Shown here: in pieces, positions 32,742 through 41,648 of the stretch
Position numbering within the stretch: the first letter of the stretch is position 1
Layout of the letters: every line of letters begins with the position of its first letter
DNA from: a virus
IMG/VR virus record: IMGVR_UViG_3300038313_000260
DNA length: 44,538 nt
Strand: one strand, 5' to 3'
Notes under the pieces: generated by a model
Told to the model about the DNA's origin: nothing
Databases searched by the model: none
The model's input: only the letters and a program-made list of their open reading frames with translations
Translations under genes and position numbers: made by a program

Positions 32742-34183
32742 TGGCTGATATAAAACAAACTTTATTAAAATTTACTGATGATCAAAAGAAAGAATTAGAG
32801 GAAATTAAAGCAGATTATTATTTTTATCATGGTGCAGTAACTGATAAAGATAAAGCTTTATTAGATAAAACTTTATTAGGTCAAAGCTGGATAAACGCTG
32901 ATGATTTGGATTATGTTCCTTCACAAGTTATAGACAATAAAATAAAATCATTAATTCATAGGCAGGCTCGTTTCTTTTTAGGGGAAGAACCTGTTTTATT
33001 ATTTAAACCAAGGCATAGTAAAGATAAAAGCACATGTGAAGAACTAAGAATATTTATAGATGATATTCTTAGTGGTAGCCAGTTTTGGAGTGAAACGATG
33101 AAGGCTTTTAGATTAGCAACTGTAACTAGAAGAGTACTTTTAAGAATGGAAGCCAACCCTGAAGAAAAAATAAGATTATATTACCATGATGTAAATGACT
33201 TTAATTATGAGCTAGATCCAAAAGATCCAAGAAAGCTTTTATCAGTTACATTTGTTAGATTAAAACAAAAAATAAATACTACTGAGATATGGAGTAGATA
33301 TACTTATAAAATGGGCAAGGTCAATAAAAAAAGCTTAGAAGAAACATGTTTGTTAACTATAGAAACATTTAATAATTTAGATTTAGAAAATCCTATAGAA
33401 GCAAAAACCATAGATACAAAATTAAGTAAGATACCTTGCTGGATAATGATTAATGAACAGGATTTAATAAATAAAAATGGTAAAAGTGATATTACAGATT
33501 TAAAACCGCTACAAAATAGCTATAATCACAGGTTATCAGACTTTAATGATGCTTTAAGATTCCTGATGTTTGGACAAACGGCTGTAATTGATGCAACAGA
33601 TGATACAGTAAATGCTTGTAGAATAGCTCCTAATGCATTAATGCCCCTAGTTAGTATAGATGGGAGACAAGCATCAGCCCAAAGAGTTGAAAGTTCATTT
33701 AGCAATGCTGAACCAGTTAAAATGTTCCTTGATATTTTAGATAAAAGTATGCATGACAAATTAAGCATACCTACTGATGACAAGCTTAAAAATGTTCCAT
33801 CAGCAAAAACTATCAAATATATATATAATGACTTAATAGCTAGAAGTGAAGAAAAATGGCATGATTGGGAACCTAACATTAGGAGTATGCTTAGATTATT
33901 AGTAGAAGCTTGCAGTAAATTTAAATGCTATAAACTATGGAATCCAGAATGGAATAACCTAGAGTATTCCATAGTATTGGATAAGCGCTATCCTATCCCT
34001 GAAGATGAAGAAGATAGGAAGAAGTTAGCCATGGAGGAGGTAAGAACCAATGTAAGAAGCCATAAGAGCTACATAAATGACTTCACAGATGATGAAGATG
34101 TAGATAATGCATTAAAAGAAATATGCGAGGATATAACTTCTATTACTGCAGCTGAAAATGAACAATTTTTAAAGGATACATAG
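32741..34183 (+). CDS. Portal protein (SPP1 gp6-like by size and position)
   Basis: 480 aa. Immediately after terL and before the MuF-family head protein. Confidence 0.8.
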   Translation: MADIKQTLLKFTDDQKKELEEIKADYYFYHGAVTDKDKALLDKTLLGQSWINADDLDYVPSQVIDNKIKSLIHRQARFFLGEEPVLLFKPRHSKDKSTCEELRIFIDDILSGSQFWSETMKAFRLATVTRRVLLRMEANPEEKIRLYYHDVNDFNYELDPKDPRKLLSVTFVRLKQKINTTEIWSRYTYKMGKVNKKSLEETCLLTIETFNNLDLENPIEAKTIDTKLSKIPCWIMINEQDLINKNGKSDITDLKPLQNSYNHRLSDFNDALRFLMFGQTAVIDATDDTVNACRIAPNALMPLVSIDGRQASAQRVESSFSNAEPVKMFLDILDKSMHDKLSIPTDDKLKNVPSAKTIKYIYNDLIARSEEKWHDWEPNIRSMLRLLVEACSKFKCYKLWNPEWNNLEYSIVLDKRYPIPEDEEDRKKLAMEEVRTNVRSHKSYINDFTDDEDVDNALKEICEDITSITAAENEQFLKDT

Positions 34184-34205
34184 GTACCAAAATTCCCCTT
34201 GATTA

Positions 34206-34214
34206 TGCTATAAT
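34206..34214 (+). promoter_or_regulatory. Extended -10 promoter element (TGCTATAAT) of the 34233 moron
   Basis: TG-C-TATAAT lies 19 nt upstream of ATG 34233, in the only intergenic gap of the packaging/head block. Confidence 0.5.
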
Positions 34215-34232
34215 TTACATAGGAATAGGGGG

Positions 34233-34676
34233 ATGGCTATGGAATTGGTGATTATATTTTATATACTATTTATAATATTTCTTTGTGCATTACTTGTAGC
34301 AGCTTTAACAGGTAGTAAAATACTAAAACATAAAAAGGATGCAATTGTTGTATATTCAATGGGAACTATAATTTATGGAACTTTATTTGTTTTAACTTTA
34401 AGGTTACAACTTAATGGTTATGACTATGTATATGTTGAGCCGACGAATAATACACCTATTAATAGACAAGCTAGTAGTGAAGCTGGTGGAAATAACAAAG
34501 GTAATCCACAAGGGGACGGGCATGAAGGTAAAATAAAAGGGAATATTAATAAAAATACAGGAGAAAAAATATACCATGTTCCAGGTAGCACTTATTATGA
34601 TAGAACTAAAGCAGAAAGATGGTTTAATACTGAAGAAGAAGCTAAGAAAGCTGGATACAGAGCACCTAAAAGATAG
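34233..34676 (+). CDS. Moron: two-TM membrane protein with C-terminal YH-PG--YY---K----F-TEEEA--AGYR--K motif
   Basis: TM helices [21 protein letters not shown] and [18 protein letters not shown]. The C-terminus [36 protein letters not shown] resembles what I recall being annotated as a sunset domain. Confidence 0.6.
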   Translation: MAMELVIIFYILFIIFLCALLVAALTGSKILKHKKDAIVVYSMGTIIYGTLFVLTLRLQLNGYDYVYVEPTNNTPINRQASSEAGGNNKGNPQGDGHEGKIKGNINKNTGEKIYHVPGSTYYDRTKAERWFNTEEEAKKAGYRAPKR

Positions 34677-34689
34677 GTGCTTTTATTAT
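34661..34689 (+). terminator. Rho-independent terminator overlapping the moron stop codon (TAGGTGCTT family)
   Basis: AGCACCTA (34661-34668) pairs with TAGGTGCT (34674-34681), followed by TTTATTAT. Confidence 0.7.
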
Positions 34690-34710
34690 GCCTGAAAGTG
34701 AGGCAGTGAT

Positions 34711-36150
34711 ATGAATAAATACTTAGAATTAGTAGATAAAGCACAAAAACAAAGGATAAGGCTCACTAATCAACAAATAAAGAATATAAGAGATTTATAT
34801 AAAGATGTGGCGAAAGACTTAGGGAGAAGAGCTAAAGGAGCAAATAAGGGCAGTTTAAATGAAAGATGGTTAACAGATTATCAAAAACAGTTTAAATTAG
34901 ACATAAAAGAATTAAATAAGATACTTAGAAGAGGCATAGAAAGCTCCATGTTAAAGGGGGCTGAATATGCAACAGGTATTCAGATGAATTTCTTTAATTT
35001 ATTAGATGTTAAATACAAACTAAACTCAAAGGAAACTTTCTCCAATATGTTTTCTAAAATACCACAGCAAGCACTAGAAGAACTTGTAAATGGGCAGTTT
35101 TATAAAGATGGTAGGGGACTTTCGGAGAGAATATGGCTCAACGAAATTAAAGCTAATGCAGATTTTGATTATATAATTCAAAAGGGATTAGCGGAAAAGA
35201 AAAACGTTTATGATTTGGCAAGAGACTTATCGGATTATGTTAATCCAGATGTAAAAAAGGATTGGAACTTTAAAAATATTTATCCAAGTGTAGGCAATAA
35301 AAAAATAGAATATAATAGTTTTAGGTTAGCTGTAACTTCTATAAGCCATGCATATCAATTGTCTATGCAAAGGTCTTGTAAGGCTAATCCATTTGTAGAG
35401 GGAATAGAATGGCATACTTCTAATAGTCATAGAGGGCCATGCTCTTTATGTAGCGGAAGAGAAGGAAAGGTATATAAGCCTGATGAATTGCCTTTAGACC
35501 ATCCAAATGGAGTTTGCTACTTCACACCAGTTATAACTAAAAGTATGGAGGACATTGGGTCAGAGCTTCATGATTGGTTATATGGGGGAAGCAACAGTAA
35601 ATTGGATGATTGGTATAAGGAATATGTTGAAAATAGCTCAGAAACAATAGCAGGAGAAAAGAAAACTCAAAATAAATCTAGCGATAAAAAGCAATTTGAA
35701 AACTATAAGAAAGTTTTAGGAAAAGAAATGCCCAAATCCTTTGATAAATTCCAGGAGTTAAAGTATAATAATGTTAATGAATGGATATCTTTAAAAATTA
35801 ATTATAGAGATACGAAGAGATATAATAAAATAGTTGGAGAGGCTAGCCATTTAAATATTAAAGGAATACCGATTAAGAATATAGATAGAATTGACTTAGA
35901 AGAATATGAATTTGATTATAAGCATATTAACAATGAAAGACAGCATGGTGTTACTAAGGACATGGCTCAGAAGTTTATAAACAATTCTAAAGCTGCATAT
36001 AGTAGATGGAATGGGCAAATAGTTGTATATGTATCGGAAGATGGATGCAGTGTTGTTAATATCAAGGATAAGAAAGTAAGTACATCATATAAAAGTGGTG
36101 AATATGACGATAAATTCAAGAAATTAATGGAGGTATTGAAAGATGATTAG
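34711..36150 (+). CDS. MuF/SPP1 gp7-family minor head protein with a roughly 200-aa C-terminal extension
   Basis: The MuF core ends at WHTSNSHRGPCSLCSGREGKVYKPDELPLDHPNGVCYFTPV (about aa 275). An additional domain runs to aa 479. Confidence 0.85.
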   Translation: MNKYLELVDKAQKQRIRLTNQQIKNIRDLYKDVAKDLGRRAKGANKGSLNERWLTDYQKQFKLDIKELNKILRRGIESSMLKGAEYATGIQMNFFNLLDVKYKLNSKETFSNMFSKIPQQALEELVNGQFYKDGRGLSERIWLNEIKANADFDYIIQKGLAEKKNVYDLARDLSDYVNPDVKKDWNFKNIYPSVGNKKIEYNSFRLAVTSISHAYQLSMQRSCKANPFVEGIEWHTSNSHRGPCSLCSGREGKVYKPDELPLDHPNGVCYFTPVITKSMEDIGSELHDWLYGGSNSKLDDWYKEYVENSSETIAGEKKTQNKSSDKKQFENYKKVLGKEMPKSFDKFQELKYNNVNEWISLKINYRDTKRYNKIVGEASHLNIKGIPIKNIDRIDLEEYEFDYKHINNERQHGVTKDMAQKFINNSKAAYSRWNGQIVVYVSEDGCSVVNIKDKKVSTSYKSGEYDDKFKKLMEVLKDD

Positions 36151-36307
36151 GTGTCCTATAATTAATGAGGATATAGATATAGGGGAATGCGTAACTATAG
36201 TTGATGTTTGCGAAGAATGTATAAAAGAAACCGTAATATCAGATAAGATTAAAAAGATAGATAACTGGAAAGAAATATGTAAGAAATGTGAAAACCATAA
36301 TAATTGA
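36143..36307 (+). CDS. Cys-rich 54-aa protein translationally coupled to the MuF gene (not in the ORF track)
   Basis: GGAGGT RBS 8 nt upstream. ATGATTAG overlap with the MuF stop. Six Cys including C-EE-C and C-KK-C pairs (zinc-ribbon-like). Confidence 0.55.
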   Translation: MIRCPIINEDIDIGECVTIVDVCEECIKETVISDKIKKIDNWKEICKKCENHNN

Positions 36308-36308
36308 T

Positions 36309-36347
36309 AAGCACTTACTAAATAAAAATAGTAGGTGCTTTTATTAT
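36309..36347 (+). terminator. Rho-independent terminator (TAGGTGCTT family)
   Basis: AAGCACTTAC (36309-36318) pairs with GTAGGTGCTT (36331-36340), followed by TTATTAT. Confidence 0.7.
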
Positions 36348-36371
36348 GCTCTGGGAATGGGGTGAAAGTTA

Positions 36372-36665
36372 ATGAATATATCAAGTAAGGTTAAGATAGG
36401 TGGAGTTAATTATAAAGTTATTGAATGTAATAATCCATCAGAAGAAGATCCTAATGTAGATGGGCAGATATTATATTCGAAGCAAGAAATAAGACTTAAA
36501 AATGACATGTCTAGAGAATATAAAGAAAATATATTTTTACATGAAATTATTCATGGGATATTTGAACACATTGGTTTTGAACAAGATGAAGCGATTGTTA
36601 TTAGATTAAGCAATGCACTACATGGATTCATAAAAGATAATCCAGAAATATTCAAGGATGAATAG
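36372..36665 (+). CDS. 97-aa HExxH-motif protein (minimal metallopeptidase-like)
   Basis: FLHEIIHGIFEH contains HExxH plus a third His five residues later. Sits between MuF and the scaffold gene. Confidence 0.5.
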   Translation: MNISSKVKIGGVNYKVIECNNPSEEDPNVDGQILYSKQEIRLKNDMSREYKENIFLHEIIHGIFEHIGFEQDEAIVIRLSNALHGFIKDNPEIFKDE

Positions 36666-36679
36666 GAGGTAGTTGAATA

Positions 36680-37204
36680 ATGCCAAAATTAAATGAAATA
36701 TTAGGAGAAAGTTTTAAACAGATACCAGAGGATTTACAAAAGAAGTACAAGGATGTGGATTTAGTTGACAGTTCTAACTATGTAGAGAAAAAGGATTTAG
36801 AAACTGCGAATAATTCAATTAAAGAATATAAGAAGAAGAATGAGGACACTACAAAAGAATATGAAAATAAGTTAACTAAGTTAAACTTTGATACTAAGTT
36901 TGAAAAAGCTGTAGTAGGATATAAAGCTAAGAATCTTAAAGCATTAAGAGCTCTTTTGGACATGGATAAAGTAAAACTTGTTGATGATACCTTTATAGGG
37001 TTAGACGAACAGGTAAAAACTCTTAAAGAGAGTGATCCTTATTTATTTGAAGAGGAAACTCCAGGAGGTACTGGGAATATAGGAGGCGATCCATCTTACA
37101 TAATTGATACTGATGAAGGGAAGTTAAGCTTAGGCGCACGTTTGGCTAAAGAAAGAACAGAAGCTTCAAAAGTAACAGAAGCACAAAATAAATTTTTTTC
37201 ATAG
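36680..37204 (+). CDS. Scaffolding protein (GP20-like)
   Basis: Coiled-coil acidic protein. L.E.L.....IPE.L..KY......D.S.YV.K.DL is reminiscent of phage GP20 scaffold proteins. Lies upstream of the capsid genes. Confidence 0.7.
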   Translation: MPKLNEILGESFKQIPEDLQKKYKDVDLVDSSNYVEKKDLETANNSIKEYKKKNEDTTKEYENKLTKLNFDTKFEKAVVGYKAKNLKALRALLDMDKVKLVDDTFIGLDEQVKTLKESDPYLFEEETPGGTGNIGGDPSYIIDTDEGKLSLGARLAKERTEASKVTEAQNKFFS

Positions 37205-37217
37205 GAGGTAGAAAAGT

Positions 37218-37574
37218 ATGAGTATTGAAACAAAACAAACTTATATGGGAGAAAATAAGACAATATTGCAATTTGCAGGAGAATTATTTCAAAATGCAAT
37301 GATAAAGGCTAAAAAAACTGATGTGAAAGAAGTAGAAGGTAAGAGAATACTTAAAGCGGGTACAGTAATAAGTAAAGATGGCAAAATAGTTGATGGATCT
37401 ATAGTTACAAATGATAAGGCTTTTGGTTTAGTTTACAGAGATGTAGATTTTACTTATAGCAGCGGCACTGAGATTGTTCCAGTAACTATTTTTGGATTTA
37501 TAAAAGAATCGACATTACCTGAAACTATTTCATTAGAAGCTAAAACGGCTATGAAGATGCTTATGTTTTTATAA
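37218..37574 (+). CDS. Head decoration/cement protein candidate (gpD-like position)
   Basis: 118 aa. Between the scaffold and a gpE-type major capsid gene. Confidence 0.5.
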   Translation: MSIETKQTYMGENKTILQFAGELFQNAMIKAKKTDVKEVEGKRILKAGTVISKDGKIVDGSIVTNDKAFGLVYRDVDFTYSSGTEIVPVTIFGFIKESTLPETISLEAKTAMKMLMFL

Positions 37575-37595
37575 TTTAGAAGGAGGAATGAGTGA

Positions 37596-38630
37596 ATGGA
37601 TTGGAGAGATATTATAAACGTAAAAGAAATAGCAACTTACATTAAAGAGCTTCCACCAGAAGTAACTATTGGTGAAGCTCTTTTTCCTAGAAAAAAACAG
37701 TTGGGAATGGAATTAAAATATATTAAAGGCGCAAAGAAAAAACCAGTTATATTAAAACAATCTGCTTTTGACGTAGCAGTAAAAATCAGAGCATTAAAAG
37801 CACAAGTAGATGAAATTACTAAACAAATGCCATTTTTTAAAGAATCAGTGCTTGTTAATGAAAAAGATAGACAAGACTTACTATTAGCTACACAGGCTCA
37901 AAACAAAAATGTTATTGATATGATTATCACTAAAATTTTTGATAATTATAAAGACCTTGTAGATGGTGGAGATATGCAAATGGAAAGAATGAGAATGCAA
38001 TTACTTTCTGATGCAGGAGTAATTTCTATTGTTTCAGAAGATGGAGATATTGTATTTGATTTTGGTGTTCCTGAAAAGCATAAGGAAGTATTAGCTGGCA
38101 CTGCTAAATGGTCAGATACTGTTAATTCAAATCCTGTTTTAGACATAATTAGATGGAAAAGACTGATGAAAGAAGAAGGTTATATAGTAGATAGAGCTGT
38201 ACTAGATTCTATTACCTTTGGGTGGATTACTGCTAACAAAAATATAGTTAAATCAGGATGGCCACAAAACCCAGACTACTTGGCTTCAGATGATGAAATT
38301 AAAGAATATATAAAAAAGAAAACAGGTGTAACATTAGCTGAAGTAAGCGGGTCTTATAAATTAGAAGATGGCAGTGAACAGCCTTACTTCCCAAGCGGAA
38401 AATTTACATTAATACCTACAGGAGCATTAGGAGTAACTTATTATGGAACAACCCCAGAAGAGGCTGATAAGATGTTCTCACAAGGTTCTAATGTAGAAAT
38501 AGTAAGAACAGGTGTAGCAATTATGACAATGAAAAAGGATGACCCCGTAACAGTCCAAACAAAGGTGTCTCAATTAGGGATGCCTTCATTTGAAAGAGCT
38601 GATGAATGTTTCTTCGCTACGGTTAACTAG
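37596..38630 (+). CDS. Major capsid protein (lambda gpE-like family)
   Basis: 344 aa. The N-terminal ...IGEALFP.KK......YIKG....P pattern and its position fit. Followed by a hairpin terminator typical of highly expressed capsid genes. Confidence 0.78.
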   Translation: MDWRDIINVKEIATYIKELPPEVTIGEALFPRKKQLGMELKYIKGAKKKPVILKQSAFDVAVKIRALKAQVDEITKQMPFFKESVLVNEKDRQDLLLATQAQNKNVIDMIITKIFDNYKDLVDGGDMQMERMRMQLLSDAGVISIVSEDGDIVFDFGVPEKHKEVLAGTAKWSDTVNSNPVLDIIRWKRLMKEEGYIVDRAVLDSITFGWITANKNIVKSGWPQNPDYLASDDEIKEYIKKKTGVTLAEVSGSYKLEDGSEQPYFPSGKFTLIPTGALGVTYYGTTPEEADKMFSQGSNVEIVRTGVAIMTMKKDDPVTVQTKVSQLGMPSFERADECFFATVN

Positions 38631-38655
38631 GAGTGGTTATTTTAGCCACTCTTTT
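38631..38655 (+). terminator. Hairpin/partial terminator after the capsid gene
   Basis: GAGTGG (38631-38636) pairs with CCACTC (38646-38651), followed by TTTT. Confidence 0.55.
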
Positions 38656-38682
38656 AGATTCTAAGTAAAAAGGATGGTTAAT

Positions 38683-38847
38683 ATGGCAAATAAAAAAACA
38701 ATAAAAGCTAAAGCTTTAGTAAACTTAAAATATGATAAAGATTGTTTTAAGATAGGGAATGAATTAAAAGTTAGAATAGAAGACGCGTTAGATATGGTTG
38801 AAAAAGACCATATTGAACTTTTAGAAGAATTATCAGAGGAAAGCTAA
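38683..38847 (+). CDS. Hypothetical 54-aa protein (not in the ORF track)
   Basis: AAGGATGG RBS-like sequence 6 nt upstream. Fills the capsid-connector gap. Confidence 0.4.
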   Translation: MANKKTIKAKALVNLKYDKDCFKIGNELKVRIEDALDMVEKDHIELLEELSEES

Positions 38848-38887
38848 AGGGAAGAAATATGTGAATCCATAGGGAAGGTGGATAAGT

Positions 38888-39169
38888 ATGTCTACACCGT
38901 TAGAAGTTTTAAAATTTAATCTCCAAGAGAGGGAATACCCTTATTTTGAGGACAAGGAACTAGAACTGCTACTTGAAACTAATTACAATGATATTAAAAA
39001 GGCTAGTTATAATGGATGTTTATTGAAAGCTGCAGCTGATGATAAATTAGAAGTAGCTGGAGTTAAACTTGAAAGTAATAGGCAATACTGGCTTACATTA
39101 GCTGAAACGTTTAATGAGAAACCTAGTTATAATTATATAACCAGCATGGAAAGGGTCGATGGTTACTGA
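38888..39169 (+). CDS. Head-tail connector/adaptor protein (by position)
   Basis: GAAGGTGG RBS. First of four small overlapping head-tail joining genes. Confidence 0.55.
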   Translation: MSTPLEVLKFNLQEREYPYFEDKELELLLETNYNDIKKASYNGCLLKAAADDKLEVAGVKLESNRQYWLTLAETFNEKPSYNYITSMERVDGY

Positions 39170-39534
39170 TGAGTGGTATAAATAGGGCAAAGATAAGCCA
39201 AAGAATATACAAGCAGTTGTATAGAAAAGGCTTATTAAAAGAAATTAGAATTTTAAGAAATGGTAAAAATGCTTATGGCGAAAAACTAGAGGATCTATAT
39301 GTAACAACTATAAATGGATATTATTACAGAGAAAAAAGTAAAATAAACATTAGTCCAGGTGCTGCAGCAACTGTAACCGCTAATTGTTATGATAAATTGC
39401 TTATTGCTTATAGTGAAGAAAGTAAAAAAATAAAAAAAGATGATTATTTTATTTTAGATGGCGCTGAATTTAGGATTATAGATCCTAACAATATTGAAAA
39501 CATAGTATTAGATATGTATTTGGATAGGATGTGA
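39169..39534 (+). CDS. Head closure / head-tail adaptor protein (by position)
   Basis: TGATG stop-start overlap with the upstream gene. Confidence 0.5.
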   Translation: MSGINRAKISQRIYKQLYRKGLLKEIRILRNGKNAYGEKLEDLYVTTINGYYYREKSKINISPGAAATVTANCYDKLLIAYSEESKKIKKDDYFILDGAEFRIIDPNNIENIVLDMYLDRM

Positions 39535-39538
39535 TGTT

Positions 39539-39883
39539 ATGGGCTTAAAAATTGATATAGAAGACGTACTTAATGGACTATATGGATTTGAAATTAAGTC
39601 TAAAGCTGCTATAGGAGTTTATGCCGATACTGCAGGGAAAAAGTTAGAGAAACATGCAAAGGATAATGCACCATGGACAGATCGAAGTGGATTGGCGAGA
39701 AAAACTATAGAAGGTGGTAAACAGTGGGAAGGTGATAAATGCAATGTTTATGTAGCTGGCAATATGCCGTATTCCCCATTCCTGGAATTGTGCAATGATA
39801 AACGATATACTGCATTAAAACCAGCAGTAGATCAGCTATCGCCTGAAATACTAAGGGGTATGAATAATTTGTTAGGAAAGTGA
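39539..39883 (+). CDS. HK97 gp10-like tail-component protein
   Basis: A...YAD.AGKKLEKHAKDNAPWTDRSGLARKTIEG matches the gp10-family pattern. Confidence 0.6.
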   Translation: MGLKIDIEDVLNGLYGFEIKSKAAIGVYADTAGKKLEKHAKDNAPWTDRSGLARKTIEGGKQWEGDKCNVYVAGNMPYSPFLELCNDKRYTALKPAVDQLSPEILRGMNNLLGK

Positions 39884-39887
39884 TTAA

Positions 39888-40307
39888 ATGAGTAATTTTA
39901 ATTATAAAGTCCCAGGTGATGGTCTGCAAGAAGATCTAATAAATAATACAGTTGCTCAAACTGTATGGCAAAAGATATTTTTACATCTAAAAAGAATGGG
40001 ATATGAGGTATATTCTCCTGGACAGAAAAGTGATAAATGTACTAGTGACTATGTAGTTATAAAAGAGAATGGGACTTATGCTATGAACGGTAATGTTAAT
40101 GGATATAAGTTGTTTGACATTATTATTTATCATCCCATGTCTAATTATTCTACTATGGAATTTTTATTAGAAAATATAAAACAGGTCATGAAAGGTATAG
40201 AAGAATTAAAACCTACAGGTAATGAAACATCATCTATTATTGATGATAAAGTAGAAGCTTATACTTCAAGTGTAGAGTATATACAATATAAAAAATTAAG
40301 GAGGTAA
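39888..40307 (+). CDS. Tail completion/terminator protein (by position)
   Basis: 139 aa, immediately upstream of the major tail protein. Confidence 0.5.
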   Translation: MSNFNYKVPGDGLQEDLINNTVAQTVWQKIFLHLKRMGYEVYSPGQKSDKCTSDYVVIKENGTYAMNGNVNGYKLFDIIIYHPMSNYSTMEFLLENIKQVMKGIEELKPTGNETSSIIDDKVEAYTSSVEYIQYKKLRR

Positions 40308-40315
40308 TAATCTAT

Positions 40316-41176
40316 ATGGTAGATGAAGGTAAAACATTAGTTAATGTTGTTAAAGTAAACTTTATTGACGAAGTTAAAAATACAAATCATACAATTGAAA
40401 CTTCTGATGAAATAGATATAGAACCTATAAAAAGTGAAGGCAAGAGAGATATATTAAGGGTTAAAAATAGGATATATGGAATAAATGAAACAGAAGATAT
40501 TGTAATAGGTTATACATTAAAATTTAAAGATAATTTGTTCAATATGCAAACCATGGCACTTGTTGATGGCGGAACTATAGAAGGAGATAAGTATTGTGGA
40601 ATCGAAGCAGGAGTTGTGGCAGAAAGGCATCCGTTCACAGTAGAAATATTTACAGAGGAAAAGGATTATTCGAGGACTGTAGGTTATGCTAAATTTACTT
40701 ACAAGCATTGCAAAGGCAAACCCGCAAAATATAAAGTTAAAGATGGAGCATTCTTATTACCAGAATATGAAGCGGAGTCAATTCCATTTAGGGGAGAAAA
40801 ACCAGTAGAAATAGAATTTATAAATACTTTACCAACGGATCCAATTCCAACAACACCTGAGATGAAAGTAGATGGGGGAACTGTTACAAATAGTAATGAA
40901 GATGTAAGTGTAGAAATAACTTCTAATGTGAAATGGACATTTGGGAAAGCTATAAATCAAGATGATGTAACTGCTAATAATTTTGTAGTTAAAAAGAAGT
41001 CTGATGGGAGTGTTGTAAATGGGAATGTAACTATAGATGATACTAAGAAAATAGTAACGTTTATACCAATTAGTATTGAAGAATTCGTGACTTATATTGC
41101 TGAGGCTAAGGCAGTAAATTTACTTGATGGCAGTGGAACAACTACACCTATAAGTGTAGAATTTACAACTATATAA
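40316..41176 (+). CDS. Major tail protein with C-terminal Ig-like domain
   Basis: 286 aa. No sheath-sized gene is present, which indicates a non-contractile tail. The C-terminal VTANNFVVKKKSDGSVVNGNVTIDDTKKIVTFIP is Ig-like. Confidence 0.75.
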   Translation: MVDEGKTLVNVVKVNFIDEVKNTNHTIETSDEIDIEPIKSEGKRDILRVKNRIYGINETEDIVIGYTLKFKDNLFNMQTMALVDGGTIEGDKYCGIEAGVVAERHPFTVEIFTEEKDYSRTVGYAKFTYKHCKGKPAKYKVKDGAFLLPEYEAESIPFRGEKPVEIEFINTLPTDPIPTTPEMKVDGGTVTNSNEDVSVEITSNVKWTFGKAINQDDVTANNFVVKKKSDGSVVNGNVTIDDTKKIVTFIPISIEEFVTYIAEAKAVNLLDGSGTTTPISVEFTTI

Positions 41177-41207
41177 TAAAACAAATAAAATTTTGAGGAG
41201 CAATAGT

Positions 41208-41648
41208 ATGGAATTAAAAGTAACTAATATAGAAGATTTAAAAAGAATGGCAGAATATGAAATAATAGAATTACCAAGATTTAAGAAAGAGATACCTTTT
41301 AATGCTAAAGTTAAGAGAGTATCTCTTTTAAATTTAGTTAGAAAAGGTGTAATACCTAATAAACTTTTAAGTGCAGCAGAAGAGCTATTCTATGGAAAAC
41401 AGGCAAGTGAAGGCAAGGTAGACTTGGCACAGCTTACTAATGTAATGTTTATTATGGCAGAAAATGCATTAGTAGAACCTAGTATTAAAGATTTAGAAGA
41501 TGTGGGATTAGAATTAACTGATGAACAGCTAGTTGCGTTATTTAATTATACGCAAGAGGGTACATCTGATTTGGAATCTTTTCGTGAGGAGCCAGAGGAT
41601 AGTGAGCGTAATAGCAATGAGCCAACAATACAGGGTAAGACCGAGTGA
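41208..41648 (+). CDS. Tail assembly chaperone (G-like; ATG 41208 preferred over TTG 41193)
   Basis: GAGGAG RBS. Acidic C-terminus. Lies between the major tail protein and the tape measure. Confidence 0.75.
   Translation: MELKVTNIEDLKRMAEYEIIELPRFKKEIPFNAKVKRVSLLNLVRKGVIPNKLLSAAEELFYGKQASEGKVDLAQLTNVMFIMAENALVEPSIKDLEDVGLELTDEQLVALFNYTQEGTSDLESFREEPEDSERNSNEPTIQGKTE

Noticed and set aside
41533-41648. Canonical -1 slippery heptamer (XXXYYYZ) for the tail chaperone frameshift
   Set aside because: The downstream frame is +1 relative to the chaperone frame, so a -1 heptamer cannot connect them, and I found none in the overlap.
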